Numbered from the stretch's first letter, positions 1 through 9,513 are shown. The stretch: 64,000 bases of DNA from an uncultured Alcanivorax sp. (GCA_913055795.1 CAJXLA010000001.1:9997-73996); one strand, 5' to 3'. Notes: generated by a model from the letters alone, not told the origin. Numbers and translations are program-made.

Positions 1-650
1 AGATAGCGCAGCTGCAGCGCCTGAGGCTGTTGGGCCAGTGTGGTGGCCGCATCCAGCAAGCGTTCGGACGCCTCCAGCTCGCCATTGGCGTGGATCACCT
101 TGGCGCGCCGGACCCGCTCGGCTTCGGCCTGACGGGCAATCACGCGCACCATGTCCTCGTCCAGATCCACGTGCTTGATCTCCACATTGGACACCTTGAT
201 GCCCCAGGCGTCGGTCTGCTCGTCCAGAATGGTCTGGATGTCCGCGTTCAGCTCATCCCGCGAAGCAAGCATTTCGTCCAGCTCGTGCTTGCCCAGCACC
301 GAGCGCAGCGTGGTCTGAGAGAGCTGGCTGGTGGCGGAATAGAAATCCTCCACATTGATCACCGATTTCTGCGCATCCAGAATGCGGAAATAGAGCACGG
401 CGTTGACCTTCACCGAGACGTTATCCCGCGAGATCACATCCTGGGAAGGTACGTCCAGCACCCGGATACGCAGGTCCACGCGCACCATCTGCTGGATCAA
501 GGGAATCACGATGATCAGACCCGGTCCCTTGACCTTGTGAAAGCGCCCCAGCATGAAGATGACCCCGCGCTCGTATTCGCGCAGGATGCGAAACATGCTT
601 GCCAGCAGTGCAATGACAATAACCGCAATGGATAATCCGAAATAACTCAT
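1..650 (-). CDS. SPFH/band-7 stomatin-like protein (slipin); 3' end cut by window edge
   Basis: Not in the ORF track because it is edge-truncated. My minus-strand translation from ATG 650..648 reads [90 protein letters not shown]...[10 protein letters not shown]. That is an N-terminal TM anchor plus an SPFH core. The start ATG overlaps the NfeD stop (ATGA at 647-650). The track ORF 30..635(+) is its antisense shadow. Confidence 0.85.
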   Translation of the reverse strand, partial: MSYFGLSIAVIVIALLASMFRILREYERGVIFMLGRFHKVKGPGLIIVIPLIQQMVRVDLRIRVLDVPSQDVISRDNVSVKVNAVLYFRILDAQKSVINVEDFYSATSQLSQTTLRSVLGKHELDEMLASRDELNADIQTILDEQTDAWGIKVSNVEIKHVDLDEDMVRVIARQAEAERVRRAKVIHANGELEASERLLDAATTLAQQPQALQLRY

Positions 651-2083
651 TCCTGTGCCTCCACGTAAAGTGTCAGTCCATCGATGTTCCGGATGCGCAG
701 GAGCTGGTCCTTGCGCACCGGCGTGTCCGTGCGGGCGTGCCACATTTCGCCCATGGCTCGCACACGGCCTTCCCGGTCGAAATCCTCCAGCGCGCGCGCC
801 GTTTCATTGCGCATGCCTTCCATGCCGCTGACCACTTCATGGCGGAAAGCTTTGAAGGCCAGACGCAGTACCACCGAGAGAATCAACACGGAGGCCACGC
901 CGAAGGCGGCGATTATGGGCATGGCGATCTGGTAGCCGGGCAGATCCGTATCCATAAGCATGATGGAGCCGACGATAAAGGCGACGCCTCCCCCGAGGCC
1001 GAGCACACCGAAGGTGGGGGTAAAGGCCTCGGTAACCATCAAACCGATGCCCAGCACGATCAGGCCCAGCCCCACATAGCTGATAGGCAGCATCTGCAGG
1101 GCATAGAGGGCGGTAAGCAGACAGATGGCCCCCACCACGCCGGGTACACCCATGCCCGGGTTGTAGAACTCCAGAATAATGCCGTAGATGCCGATCATGA
1201 GCAGGATATAGGCAACACTGGGATTGGTGATGGTGGACAGGAAGTTGGTGCGCCAGTCCTTTTCAACCCGTTGCACGGGGGCGTCGGACAGCGCCAGGGT
1301 GCGTGCGCCGGACTGCGTTTCCACGCTGCGCCCGTCGAGTTGCGCCATCAGATCGTCCAGGCTGTCCGCCTGGATATCGATGACGTTTTGTTCCAGCGCG
1401 GCGGACGAGGATAGACTCACCGATTCGCGCACGGCACGCTCGGCCCAGTCCGCGTTGCGACCGCGCTTTTCCGCCAGGCCCCGGATATAGGCCACGGCGT
1501 CATTGATGCGCTTGCGTTCCATGGCGTCGGCGGAGTCCTTGCCGCCGGAAGATTCCTGCTCTTTTGAATCGGCCTCCTCTTCACCCTGGCCGCCGCCGAA
1601 GGGCAGGGGGTTGCTGTCGTCGCCGCCGCCTCCGCCCATCTGCACGGGCGTGGCCGCGCCCAGATTGGTAGCCGGGGCCATGGCGGCAAAATGAGACGCA
1701 TAGAGGATATAGGTGCCGGCACTCGCCGCCCGGGCGCCTTCCGGCGCCACCCAGGTGACCACGGGCACGGGCGAGGCGAGCAGGGCCTGGATCATTTCAC
1801 GCATGGACTTGTCCAGCCCACCCGGCGTGTCCAGTTTGAGCACGAACAACTCGGCATTCGCTTCCGCCGCGTTCTCCAGCGCGCGAGCGAACCAGTCCGC
1901 CGGCGCCGGGCCGATGCCGCCTGTCAGGGTCATGACATGAACAGCACCGCCCGCTTCGCTCTGCTGCTGATCCTGCGCCTGAACACCCGCGCCCCAGAGA
2001 GCAAGGACGGGGAACAGCAATACCACCAATGCGCGCAGAAAAAGCCGCGGGGTGGTATCGAATCGCCGGGCCATGAAGTTCAT
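647..2083 (-). CDS. NfeD-family membrane-bound ClpP-class serine protease (slipin partner)
   Basis: Track ORF 647..2542, trimmed to the internal ATG at 2083 (residue 154, MNFMARRF...) preceded by AGGGAGA. Signal/TM segment, ClpP-like region ([19 protein letters not shown]), several TM helices and a C-terminal NfeD beta-barrel ([26 protein letters not shown]). Confidence 0.85.
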   Translation of the reverse strand: MNFMARRFDTTPRLFLRALVVLLFPVLALWGAGVQAQDQQQSEAGGAVHVMTLTGGIGPAPADWFARALENAAEANAELFVLKLDTPGGLDKSMREMIQALLASPVPVVTWVAPEGARAASAGTYILYASHFAAMAPATNLGAATPVQMGGGGGDDSNPLPFGGGQGEEEADSKEQESSGGKDSADAMERKRINDAVAYIRGLAEKRGRNADWAERAVRESVSLSSSAALEQNVIDIQADSLDDLMAQLDGRSVETQSGARTLALSDAPVQRVEKDWRTNFLSTITNPSVAYILLMIGIYGIILEFYNPGMGVPGVVGAICLLTALYALQMLPISYVGLGLIVLGIGLMVTEAFTPTFGVLGLGGGVAFIVGSIMLMDTDLPGYQIAMPIIAAFGVASVLILSVVLRLAFKAFRHEVVSGMEGMRNETARALEDFDREGRVRAMGEMWHARTDTPVRKDQLLRIRNIDGLTLYVEAQE

Positions 2084-2163
2084 GCCGTTCTCCCTTATGG
2101 ACGGGCTTCCTGCCAGCAGCATACAAGTTGACGCGGCGCGGGTGTACAGGCGCCGCCGGTTTT

Positions 2164-5100
2164 TTACGCGGCCCTGCGGCGCCGGCTCATGGCGGCCACC
2201 GTCAGCGCGGGCAGAGCGGTGACGGTGACCAGGGCCGTGCCCATGAGCCCGAAGAGCACAATGGCGCCCACGCCCCGGTAGAGTTCCGTACCCGAGCCGG
2301 GCAGAAAGACCAGCGGCGCCAGGCCCGAAACCGTCGTCAGCGTGGACATGGCGATAGGGCGCAGGCGTGAAGCCACGGCTTCGCGCACCGCTTCCAGGGA
2401 CGAGCTCATGCCCTCGCGGAGATTGGTCATGGATCGGTGCACGACCAGAATGGGGTTGTTCACGACCGTACCCATGAGAATCAGAAAGCCCAGCATGGAA
2501 ATCATGTCGAAGGGCTGGCGAAAGCCCTGCAGGCCCATCCATTCCATGAGCTGACCGGCGCCGTTCATCAGCACCAGCCCCACGATGCCGCTGGCAATGC
2601 CCATGGGGATGGTGGCCATGATCAGCAGGGGATAGCCCCAGTGGGTAAAGATGGCCACCAGCAGCAGGAAGATGATCGCCAGCGCTACCATATAGTTCGC
2701 GCCCAGCGCCTCGCGCGTGGCCTGAAGCTGATCGGCGGCACCGGAAATTTCCAGATTCACGGACTGCGGGATCTGACCTTCATAGCGCAGATGATCCACC
2801 ACCTCGTTGCGCACCCGTTGTACACCGGTTTCCAGCGCTACATCACGCGGCGGAATAATATTGAGTGTCACAGTGCGTCGCGCATTGACCCGGCGTACCT
2901 GGGCGGTGTCCACGGTTTCATGGATCTGCGCCATGCTTGTCAGCGGCAGGGTGCCGCCGCCGGGCGTATGGATGGGCAATTGTTCCAGATTGTCCAGACG
3001 CGCTTGCGTGCCCGTATCGCTGTAGAGATAGATGTCGATCTTTTCGTCCGCCTGGAAGAACTCGTCCACGAAGGCGCCATCGGTCAGCGCGGCCACGTTG
3101 AAGCCCAGATCCTGTGTGCTCAGGCCCAGCTCCGAGGCTCGATCCCAGTCCGGGCGCACCTCGACCAGGGGCTGTGCCAGCTGCAGTGTTGAGGGGTTGG
3201 CCTGGATGCGCGGGTTGTCGAAGACGGCCTCGGCGCGGGCATAGGCGGCATTGCCCACGGCATAGATATCCGCCAGATCGGGACCGGAAATGTTCAGATT
3301 GACGCTGCGCGTGCCGCCGTCATTGCTGGTAATGATCGAGCCGCGCGCGGCAAAGGCGCGCATGCCCGGATATTGCTCGTACTTTGCCGAGATGGCATCC
3401 ATCAGTGGTTCGATATGGTTGATATCCACGGACTCGGTGATGATGCGGATGTTCTGGGCGCTGATGCTCATGTTCAGGTACTTCATGGCCGGCACCTCGG
3501 TTTCGCCCTGGTCGAAACGGGCCGGGTCGTCACCCACATAGGGCATGAAGTAGTCTTCCAGTTCCTGGCCGATTTCGTGCATGGTGTCCAGGTTGTAGCC
3601 CGGCGGGGCATTCATGCTGGCAAAGGTCTTGGGCTCCTCGCCTTCGGGCAGGTATTCCGCCGGAGGTGTAAGCACGAAGATAATGAACAGCGCCGCGGCC
3701 AAAGCCACGCCCACACAGCTCCAGCGCCGCCGCGGCGTGGCCAGCAACCAGTCCACGCGCGCGAGCACCTTTTGCTGCAACCGCGCGCCCCGGCCGCTGC
3801 TCTGGTCCAGGCCCGAAAAATCCAGCCGTGCGGCGGCCGTGGGGATGACGGTGGTGGCCACCAGCATGGACACGAGGATGGACGCGGACACGCCGATGGC
3901 GATATCCGAATAGAGCTGGCCCGCCTCCTCTTCGATGAAGACAATGGGCGTAAAGACCAGCACCGTGGTGAGCGTGGACGCCAGCACCGCCGGCCAGACC
4001 TTGCGCACCCCGGCGGCCGCCGCCTTGAACCGTTCCAGGCCCTTGCGCCGTTCCAGTTCGATGCTTTCCAGCACCACAATGGAGTTGTCCAGCGTCATGC
4101 CGATGGCGAAGGCCACGCCGGCCAGGGAAATCACATTGATGGTGCGCCCGGTAATCAGCAGGCCCAGGAAGGCGGCGATGGTGCAGATGGGAACGCCCAT
4201 GACGCCCACCAGTGTGGCGCGTCCCGAACGCAGGAACAGGAACATCACCGCCGTGGCGAACACCGCGCCCAGGGCCAGGTTTTTCCAGACGCTGCGCACG
4301 GAGTCTTCCACATAACCGGCGTCCTCGGCGGTCAGTTCCAGCTTCATGCCCGCGGGCTCGAGCACTTCTTCGTTGATCCGCTCCATGCGCTCAAGCATGG
4401 CGTACTTGATGTCGATGACATTGGAGCCGCTTTCCCGGCGAACCGACAGGGAGATGACCGGCTGGCGATTGACGTAGCTGTAGCGGCGCAGCTCGAAGTG
4501 GTCCTGTTTGATGGCCGCCACATCACTGAGGCGGGTAATCGAATCCCCACTGCGCTGGAGCACCATGGCCCGGAGTTCATCCAGGTCCTCGAAACGGCCC
4601 TGGGTGCGCAGCAGATAACGGCGCTTGCCGCTTTCCAGCTGGCCGCCGGAGACATCCTGGTTGCGCGCGCGGATGGCGTCGCGGACCTGGGCGGGGGAGA
4701 GGTTGCGTTGGGCCAGCGCATCGGGCTGGAGCTTGATCTGAACCTGACGCTCGGCTCCGCCGCCCACCTCTACCAGCGACACGCCGTCCACGCGTTCCAT
4801 GCGCGGACGCACATTGTCGTCGATGAAGTCGCGCATCAGGTCCATGTCCAGCTCGCGCGGATTGCCGGGCAGGGGGGATACGCGGAAATACATGAAGGAG
4901 TTCGAGGAAAAGGACGCGGCGTAAATGCGCGGTTCGTCCACATTGGTGGGGTAGCTGGGCACCTGGGTCAGGGCGTTGTTGACCCGGATCAGCGTCTCGG
5001 TCATGTCGATGCCGAAGGGGAACTCCAGCTCCACTTCCGCCTCGCCGCTGGAGGCGGTACTCGTCATTTCCTCCAGGTTGGGGATGTTCTGCAGGTATTC

Positions 5101-5298
5101 CTCCTGCTCGATGAGGATTTCCTTTTCAATGTCCTGGGGGGTGGCGCCGGGCCAGGCCGTGCGGACCGTGATGGTGCGCACTTCCAGATCCGGAATCATC
5201 TGCACCGGAATGCGCATGGCCGCCAGTACGCCCAGCACCGAAATGATCAGCACCACCACGGTCATGAGGGTGCCGTGGCGAATAATGCGCTCGAACAT
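2164..5298 (-). CDS. RND efflux transporter permease (AcrB/HAE-type, 1044 aa)
   Basis: 1044-aa ORF. The N-terminus MFERIIRHGTLMTVVVLIISVLGVLAAMRIPVQMIPDL and the 12-TM/large-loop layout are typical of RND pumps. The ATG lies 5 nt after the adaptor stop, with GAGGGG as RBS. Confidence 0.9.
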   Translation of the reverse strand: MFERIIRHGTLMTVVVLIISVLGVLAAMRIPVQMIPDLEVRTITVRTAWPGATPQDIEKEILIEQEEYLQNIPNLEEMTSTASSGEAEVELEFPFGIDMTETLIRVNNALTQVPSYPTNVDEPRIYAASFSSNSFMYFRVSPLPGNPRELDMDLMRDFIDDNVRPRMERVDGVSLVEVGGGAERQVQIKLQPDALAQRNLSPAQVRDAIRARNQDVSGGQLESGKRRYLLRTQGRFEDLDELRAMVLQRSGDSITRLSDVAAIKQDHFELRRYSYVNRQPVISLSVRRESGSNVIDIKYAMLERMERINEEVLEPAGMKLELTAEDAGYVEDSVRSVWKNLALGAVFATAVMFLFLRSGRATLVGVMGVPICTIAAFLGLLITGRTINVISLAGVAFAIGMTLDNSIVVLESIELERRKGLERFKAAAAGVRKVWPAVLASTLTTVLVFTPIVFIEEEAGQLYSDIAIGVSASILVSMLVATTVIPTAAARLDFSGLDQSSGRGARLQQKVLARVDWLLATPRRRWSCVGVALAAALFIIFVLTPPAEYLPEGEEPKTFASMNAPPGYNLDTMHEIGQELEDYFMPYVGDDPARFDQGETEVPAMKYLNMSISAQNIRIITESVDINHIEPLMDAISAKYEQYPGMRAFAARGSIITSNDGGTRSVNLNISGPDLADIYAVGNAAYARAEAVFDNPRIQANPSTLQLAQPLVEVRPDWDRASELGLSTQDLGFNVAALTDGAFVDEFFQADEKIDIYLYSDTGTQARLDNLEQLPIHTPGGGTLPLTSMAQIHETVDTAQVRRVNARRTVTLNIIPPRDVALETGVQRVRNEVVDHLRYEGQIPQSVNLEISGAADQLQATREALGANYMVALAIIFLLLVAIFTHWGYPLLIMATIPMGIASGIVGLVLMNGAGQLMEWMGLQGFRQPFDMISMLGFLILMGTVVNNPILVVHRSMTNLREGMSSSLEAVREAVASRLRPIAMSTLTTVSGLAPLVFLPGSGTELYRGVGAIVLFGLMGTALVTVTALPALTVAAMSRRRRAA

Positions 5299-5303
5299 GC
5301 CCC

Positions 5304-6380
5304 TCAGCTCCCGCCGCTATCGGAGATGCGGACCTGCTGCTCCGGGTTGAGCGCTTCATTGCCCTGGACCACCACCCGCGTGCCGGCTTCCAGGCCGGAA
5401 CGGATTTCCACCTTGCCGCCGAAGGTGAGCCCGGTTTCCACGCGGCGTTCCCGCACCCGGGTTTCGCCATCGGCTTCCTTGATTTCCCAGACCGTGGTGC
5501 GTCCGTCCGGATGCCGGATGAGCGCGTCGCGCGGGACCACCACGGATTTACGGCCGGTATCCAGTGCCAGCACGGCACTGGCCCCCATACCCGGCTGCAG
5601 GGCCTTGTCCGCGTCCCGCAGTTCGGTGCGCAGCAAAAAGGTGCGCGCCTGGGGGTCGTTCACCGGCACAATGGCGCGCACCCGGGCGGGGAAGGCGTTA
5701 TCGGGCAGGGCGTCCAGCTCTACGGTGACAGCGGTATTCTCGGACAATCGCGGCAGATAGCGTTGCGCCACGCGGAAATCGAGGCGCAGCTGGTCCAGGT
5801 TTACCACTTCCATCACGCCGTCGCCCGGCGTGACCCATTCCCCCGGATCCACCATGCGGCGGCTGACCACGCCGGAGAAGGGTGTCGAGACCCTGTGCCG
5901 CTCCAGCTCGGCGCGCCGCTGATCGGCCACGCCGCGCAGCCGCTCCAGCGCCTGCTCATCCATGGCCACTTCCGCTTCCAGCGAGCGGATTTCGGACTGC
6001 GAGATGTTCTGGTCCAGGTTGCGCGCTTCCCGGAGCCGCCGGCGAGCATCATCCAGCGCGGCCCTGGCTTCATCCGCCTCCGCGCGGGCCGCGCGCAGCT
6101 GCGCCTCGGTGATTTCCCGGTCCAGCTGGACCAGCGGCGCATCGGCGTCCACCGCGTCGCCTACATCCGCGCTCAGTTGCGTGACGCGGCCGGCTACGGC
6201 GGCCGAAACCTCCGCATGACGCAGCGCCACCACCGAACCGTTGACCCGGACTTCCTCGATGATGGGCCGGCGTTCGACGGTTTCCAGGCCCACAGTGGGC
6301 ACCTGGGCGTGGGCGAGTCCGGATAGCAGGACAAAACCGATCAGTGCCGCCCAAGCGCGAAACCGGGACCACTCATTCAT
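5304..6380 (-). CDS. RND efflux periplasmic adaptor (membrane fusion protein)
   Basis: Track ORF 5304..6473, trimmed to ATG 6380 (MNEWSRFRAWAALIGFVLLSGLAHAQ signal) preceded by AGGAGA. Coiled-coil hairpin (AQLRAARAEADEARAALDDARRRLREA) and a beta-barrel C-terminus. Immediately upstream of the RND permease. No outer-membrane factor gene is adjacent. Confidence 0.85.
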   Translation of the reverse strand: MNEWSRFRAWAALIGFVLLSGLAHAQVPTVGLETVERRPIIEEVRVNGSVVALRHAEVSAAVAGRVTQLSADVGDAVDADAPLVQLDREITEAQLRAARAEADEARAALDDARRRLREARNLDQNISQSEIRSLEAEVAMDEQALERLRGVADQRRAELERHRVSTPFSGVVSRRMVDPGEWVTPGDGVMEVVNLDQLRLDFRVAQRYLPRLSENTAVTVELDALPDNAFPARVRAIVPVNDPQARTFLLRTELRDADKALQPGMGASAVLALDTGRKSVVVPRDALIRHPDGRTTVWEIKEADGETRVRERRVETGLTFGGKVEIRSGLEAGTRVVVQGNEALNPEQQVRISDSGGS

Positions 6381-6528
6381 GAGCAACACTTCTCCTGTGT
6401 ACGCGGGCAAGTGAGGGGCTTCAAAGGTATAGCATGCGCATCGTTGCGAAAACCGTGTGAAGGCCGCGTGCACGGGAATGCCAATAAATAGCTGCTCGTG
6501 CGCTGATTTCTTGCCAACCTCAACTTCG

Positions 6529-6557
6529 CATAATGTAGATTATGTTAAATATAACAT
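6529..6557. promoter_or_regulatory. Two abutting short palindromes in an AT-rich island upstream of the RND operon
   Basis: CATAAT-GTAG-ATTATG (6529-6544) overlaps ATGTTA-AATA-TAACAT (6542-6557). The local AT-rich stretch contrasts with the GC-rich surroundings. It lies about 150-175 nt upstream of the adaptor ATG. No regulator gene is adjacent. Confidence 0.25.
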
Positions 6558-6587
6558 GGCTCACAAAATCGATCCCGTGGGCCCTGA

Positions 6588-7328
6588 TCACGAGCCATCG
6601 TCGCGGTTATTCTTGTGGTTGCAGTCGTCCCCCGTTTCAGGGTTCCGATGCGGTACTGTTTCCGAGCAGCTCTCGCGGCTGTCGTGGCGCGCCGGCTCCT
6701 CTCTGCTGATTTCGGGAAGACGCTTGCCGGTCCCTTCTTCGACGTCGTCCTGGGCGGATTCCGGGGACTCATTTGCGGCCAGCAGGTACACGGCCAGCAG
6801 TGCCGCCATCGGGCTCCAGAAAGCGACCTGCGCGGTGTATGCGATTGGGTTCCTGGAAAACCGAAAACCTAGGAATAAATGCGTGAGCGTCAAACGCTTG
6901 GATGCCGGGCGTGGCCCTGGGCCAGCCGGTCCAGCGGGCCCTGGTCCCGGAAATAATGAACATGACCCCGGAAATCCGACTGCTCCGCCGCGATGGCCTG
7001 CAACTCGTCCCGATAACAGGCTCGCGCGGGGGCATGACGCAATACATCAGGTCCACCGGCCCCCGGGACAGGCCGCGCCGGATGGGCAAGTAAAAGGACG
7101 AAGGCCGACAGGCCGAGCCGGTGACGGAGCGTCCACAAACGGCTCAACCCGCCGAAAAGCCGATCCAGTCGGGGCAGGCCCACGCTGATCATGCCCGCGA
7201 GCAGCAGGCAGGACAGTCCCGCGACACCGGTGACCCGCCCTGCCCGCTCCAGCCCCGCGTCAGCGCGGACGCCAGGCTCACCAGCGCCAGCACTGTCAGG
7301 GGGGTCCAGCAGCTACCCGGATTGTTCA
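6588..7328 (-). other. Chain of three short minus-strand ORFs in three frames; possible frameshifted membrane-protein gene or three small coupled genes
   Basis: The ORFs are 7328..7189 (MNNPGSCWTPLTVLALVSLASAL...), 7192..6890 (MISVGLPRLDRLFGGLSRLWTLRHRLGLSAFVLLLAHP...) and 6893..6588 (TTG start, ...MAALLAVYLLAANES followed by an acidic tail). Each junction is a 4-nt stop/start overlap. Third-position GC is moderately high. No family was recognised. Confidence 0.3.
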
Positions 7329-7471
7329 TGCTCGTGCTCTGTGGGCGGAGCAGGCAGGACTGCAGCCTCGGGTGTCCGTTTAATGGGTCCTTCCGGTAGC
7401 CGGCTTGAGCGCGAAGGTTTCGCGATCTGGTAGAGTAACGACGACGGTCACAAATCCAGGTTGCTCCGATT

Positions 7472-7918
7472 ATGGGTGAGCTCGAAGGGACCTTGTTTGA
7501 AGGTCTGCAGGCGCTGTCCGATTCCGCCTTCCCCAAGGAGTGTTCCCGGTGCGGGCGCCAATATCATTCGCCGCGTGATTTTGTCCGTGAGTCGCGCCCG
7601 CCCCCTAACGGTTCCGGGTTCAAGTCCGGCTACGATGACGACGAATCAACGGTGCTCCAGCTTTTTCGCAACTGTGAATGCGGCTCCACCCTGATGGACT
7701 TCTTCAACGACCGCCGGGACACGAGTGAGCGTGGTCAGAAAAGGCGGCAATTGTTCGGCGAATTGCTCGACACCCTGGAACAACAGGGTATGCCGCCGGA
7801 TGAAGCCCGTCCGGAGCTGCGCAAGCTCATGAATGGAGAGCACAGCGAGCAGCTGGAAGCCATGGGCGCGCGCATCAGCATCCGCAGCCGTGTACAGGAA
7901 GACGACGGCTCGGCCTGA
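7472..7918 (+). CDS. Hypothetical 148-aa protein with CxxC...CxC motif (possible zinc ribbon)
   Basis: Track ORF with coding-like composition. Cys pairs are CSRCGRQY and NCECGSTL. The C-terminus is helical and charged. No obvious SD precedes the ATG. Confidence 0.55.
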   Translation: MGELEGTLFEGLQALSDSAFPKECSRCGRQYHSPRDFVRESRPPPNGSGFKSGYDDDESTVLQLFRNCECGSTLMDFFNDRRDTSERGQKRRQLFGELLDTLEQQGMPPDEARPELRKLMNGEHSEQLEAMGARISIRSRVQEDDGSA

Positions 7919-8071
7919 TCGGTTCCGGATGGGCAGCCTGGCCGGGGCTCGATCGACGGTCGAAACCCGGCATCAGGAAGACGCTTTCGGCGCTTAAAAC
8001 GCCCTTTTTTCATATAGATAGAATGCAAACTTAAAGTTTTTTTTCAAGGTTGGTTTTCGGCAAGATTCCAC

Positions 8072-8580
8072 TCACGCAACGCCTGTCGGAAAATGCCCCC
8101 TGGCACTGCTCAGAAAGAGTCCGGCCATAGCGGCGGCGACGGCGATGTCCGGCCAGCCGCTGCCCGTCCAGGCTACGAGTCCGGCCGCCCCGATAACGGT
8201 CAGATTGTTGATGGCATCATTGCGCGAGCACAGCCATACGGAGCGCAGATTGGCGTCGCCGTCCCGAAAGCGCATCAGCAGGCCCGCACTGGTCATGTTG
8301 GCCCCGAGCGCGATCAGGCCCACACCGGCCATGAGCGCGGCGTCCGGCGGCTGCGGTTCCAGCGCGCGGAATGGCCGATCACGGCCAGGGTCAGGCCATA
8401 GGTGAAGGCATCACCGGCGAAATCCAGGGCATCGGCCAGCAGCGCCCGCGAGCCCGCGATCTGTCCCGCTACCACCTCCACCCGGAACAGGGTGATATTG
8501 ATGGCCAGTACCCAGCTCAGCGCGCGCCGATAGCCCGGGGAAGCGCCGTCACAGGGGGTGTTGTCGTCACAACAGGCCAC
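8072..8580 (-). pseudogene. Cation diffusion facilitator (CDF) transporter remnant, frameshifted and apparently internally deleted
   Basis: Two track ORFs in different frames. ORF 8580..8314 (RRALSWVLAINITLFRVEVVAGQIAGSRALLADALDFAGDAFTYGLTLAVIG) resembles CDF TM1-TM2. ORF 8332..8072 (GLIALGANMTSAGLLMRFRDGDANLRSVWLCSRNDAINNLTVIGAAGLVAWTGSGWPDIAVAAAMAGL) resembles CDF TM5-TM6. The total of about 169 codons is shorter than the roughly 200-aa short CDF proteins I recall. Confidence 0.65.
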
Positions 8581-8658
8581 GAGCTGGCTCCCGAAACTTC
8601 ACGCGGCAAGGGCATTGTGAACCCCGTGGCCCCTGCGGGCTCCGCGCGCCGGGCTGCT

Positions 8659-9444
8659 TCAGAATATGGAGATATTCTGGGCCGCCGGCAGGGGCTTGCC
8701 CTCCTCCAGCGGCCGTTCGTCCAGGTTGAACACCACGCGCGGATGACGGCGTTCCTCGATGGCCTCGATGACGTCGTCGTCGGCGCGGTTGGCAAAAAAA
8801 TGCGCCAGCTGCCATTGATCCGTTTCCCAGATATGCTCCGGGATGTCCTTCATGAAGGAAATCCGGCCGGTATTGCGCTCGGGATCATAGCTGTGGGCGA
8901 TGCCCACATGGATGTTGAACCCGCCCTGGGCCAGCTGTTCCGCATGGGGTAGGCCCGGCACCATGAAACCGTCGATGTACTGATCCGCCGTTTCGCGCAG
9001 TTCGCGCGAGACATTGTTGAAGCCCAGCACGTCCACGCGGATGCCCCGGTCCTGGAGCGCCGTGACCACCTTGGTCATATCACCGTCGCCCGTGCACAGC
9101 AGCACCCGGTCCAGGCGCTGGGTCTGGAGCAGCATGTCCACGGCCATGTCCAGATCGGCGTTGGACTTGGGGTGCTCGTTGCCCTCCTCGTCCCGTTGCC
9201 ACTTCACGGTCTTGATCACCACCTTGAACCCGGTGCGGCGCAGGGCTTCGTGATAGCCCAGGTTCTTGTCGCGATAGACCGGGTCCGTGTCGGCCCTGCG
9301 GGCGTCATAGGCGATATAGGTGTTCATGCGGATGGGCATGGCTCCGTCCCGGGTGGCGAGGTTGCGCAGGACGTTGTAATCCATGCCGAAGCCGCCGTTC
9401 GACTGGACATTGGAGCCATCCACGAAGATACCAACGCGTTTCAC
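8659..9444 (-). CDS. NYN/LabA-like (PIN-fold) domain protein with C-terminal cold-shock-like domain
   Basis: Track ORF 8659..9492 starts at a GTG. The more likely start is GTG 9444 (MKRVGIFVDGSNV) preceded by GGGAGG. NYN motifs are VGIFVDGSN, NADLDMAVDML and LLCTGDGDMTKVVTALQDRGIRVDVLGF. The C-terminal ~80 aa align by eye to a CSD (GIAHSYDPERNTGRISF...LAHFFA...VVFNLDE...GKPLPAAQNI). Confidence 0.75.
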   Translation of the reverse strand: MKRVGIFVDGSNVQSNGGFGMDYNVLRNLATRDGAMPIRMNTYIAYDARRADTDPVYRDKNLGYHEALRRTGFKVVIKTVKWQRDEEGNEHPKSNADLDMAVDMLLQTQRLDRVLLCTGDGDMTKVVTALQDRGIRVDVLGFNNVSRELRETADQYIDGFMVPGLPHAEQLAQGGFNIHVGIAHSYDPERNTGRISFMKDIPEHIWETDQWQLAHFFANRADDDVIEAIEERRHPRVVFNLDERPLEEGKPLPAAQNISIF

Positions 9445-9513
9445 ATCACCTCCCGTGCACAAGGGTTCGGAAAAACCGCGAAATTCTATCACGCCGTGGT
9501 GAGCGGTGCGTGA

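Noticed and set aside
30-635. Track ORF of 201 aa on the plus strand.
   Set aside because: It is antisense to a clearly recognisable SPFH/slipin gene that runs from 650 to the window edge. Its sequence is His/Gln/Gly-rich with no motifs.
3373-5760. 795-aa plus-strand ORF.
   Set aside because: It is a shadow ORF antisense to the RND permease and adaptor genes, and its composition (H, G, R, Q, D-rich) is typical of the reverse frame in GC-rich DNA. The same reasoning applies to 2437..3192, 5511..6326, 9517..10695, 11525..12763, 13131..14333, 13982..15706, 16125..17021, 17512..18144, 19230..20162, 20054..21070, 22584..23264, 24428..25381, 26400..27113, 32090..33898, 34033..35179, 45619..46755, 47933..49405, 49703..50938, 51490..52362, 53830..54888, 59838..60620 and 61784..62869.
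6457-7188. 243-aa plus-strand ORF.
   Set aside because: It is Pro/Gly/Arg/Ser-rich and low in complexity, it spans an AT-rich promoter-like island, and it lies opposite the minus-strand ORFs that show better coding character.
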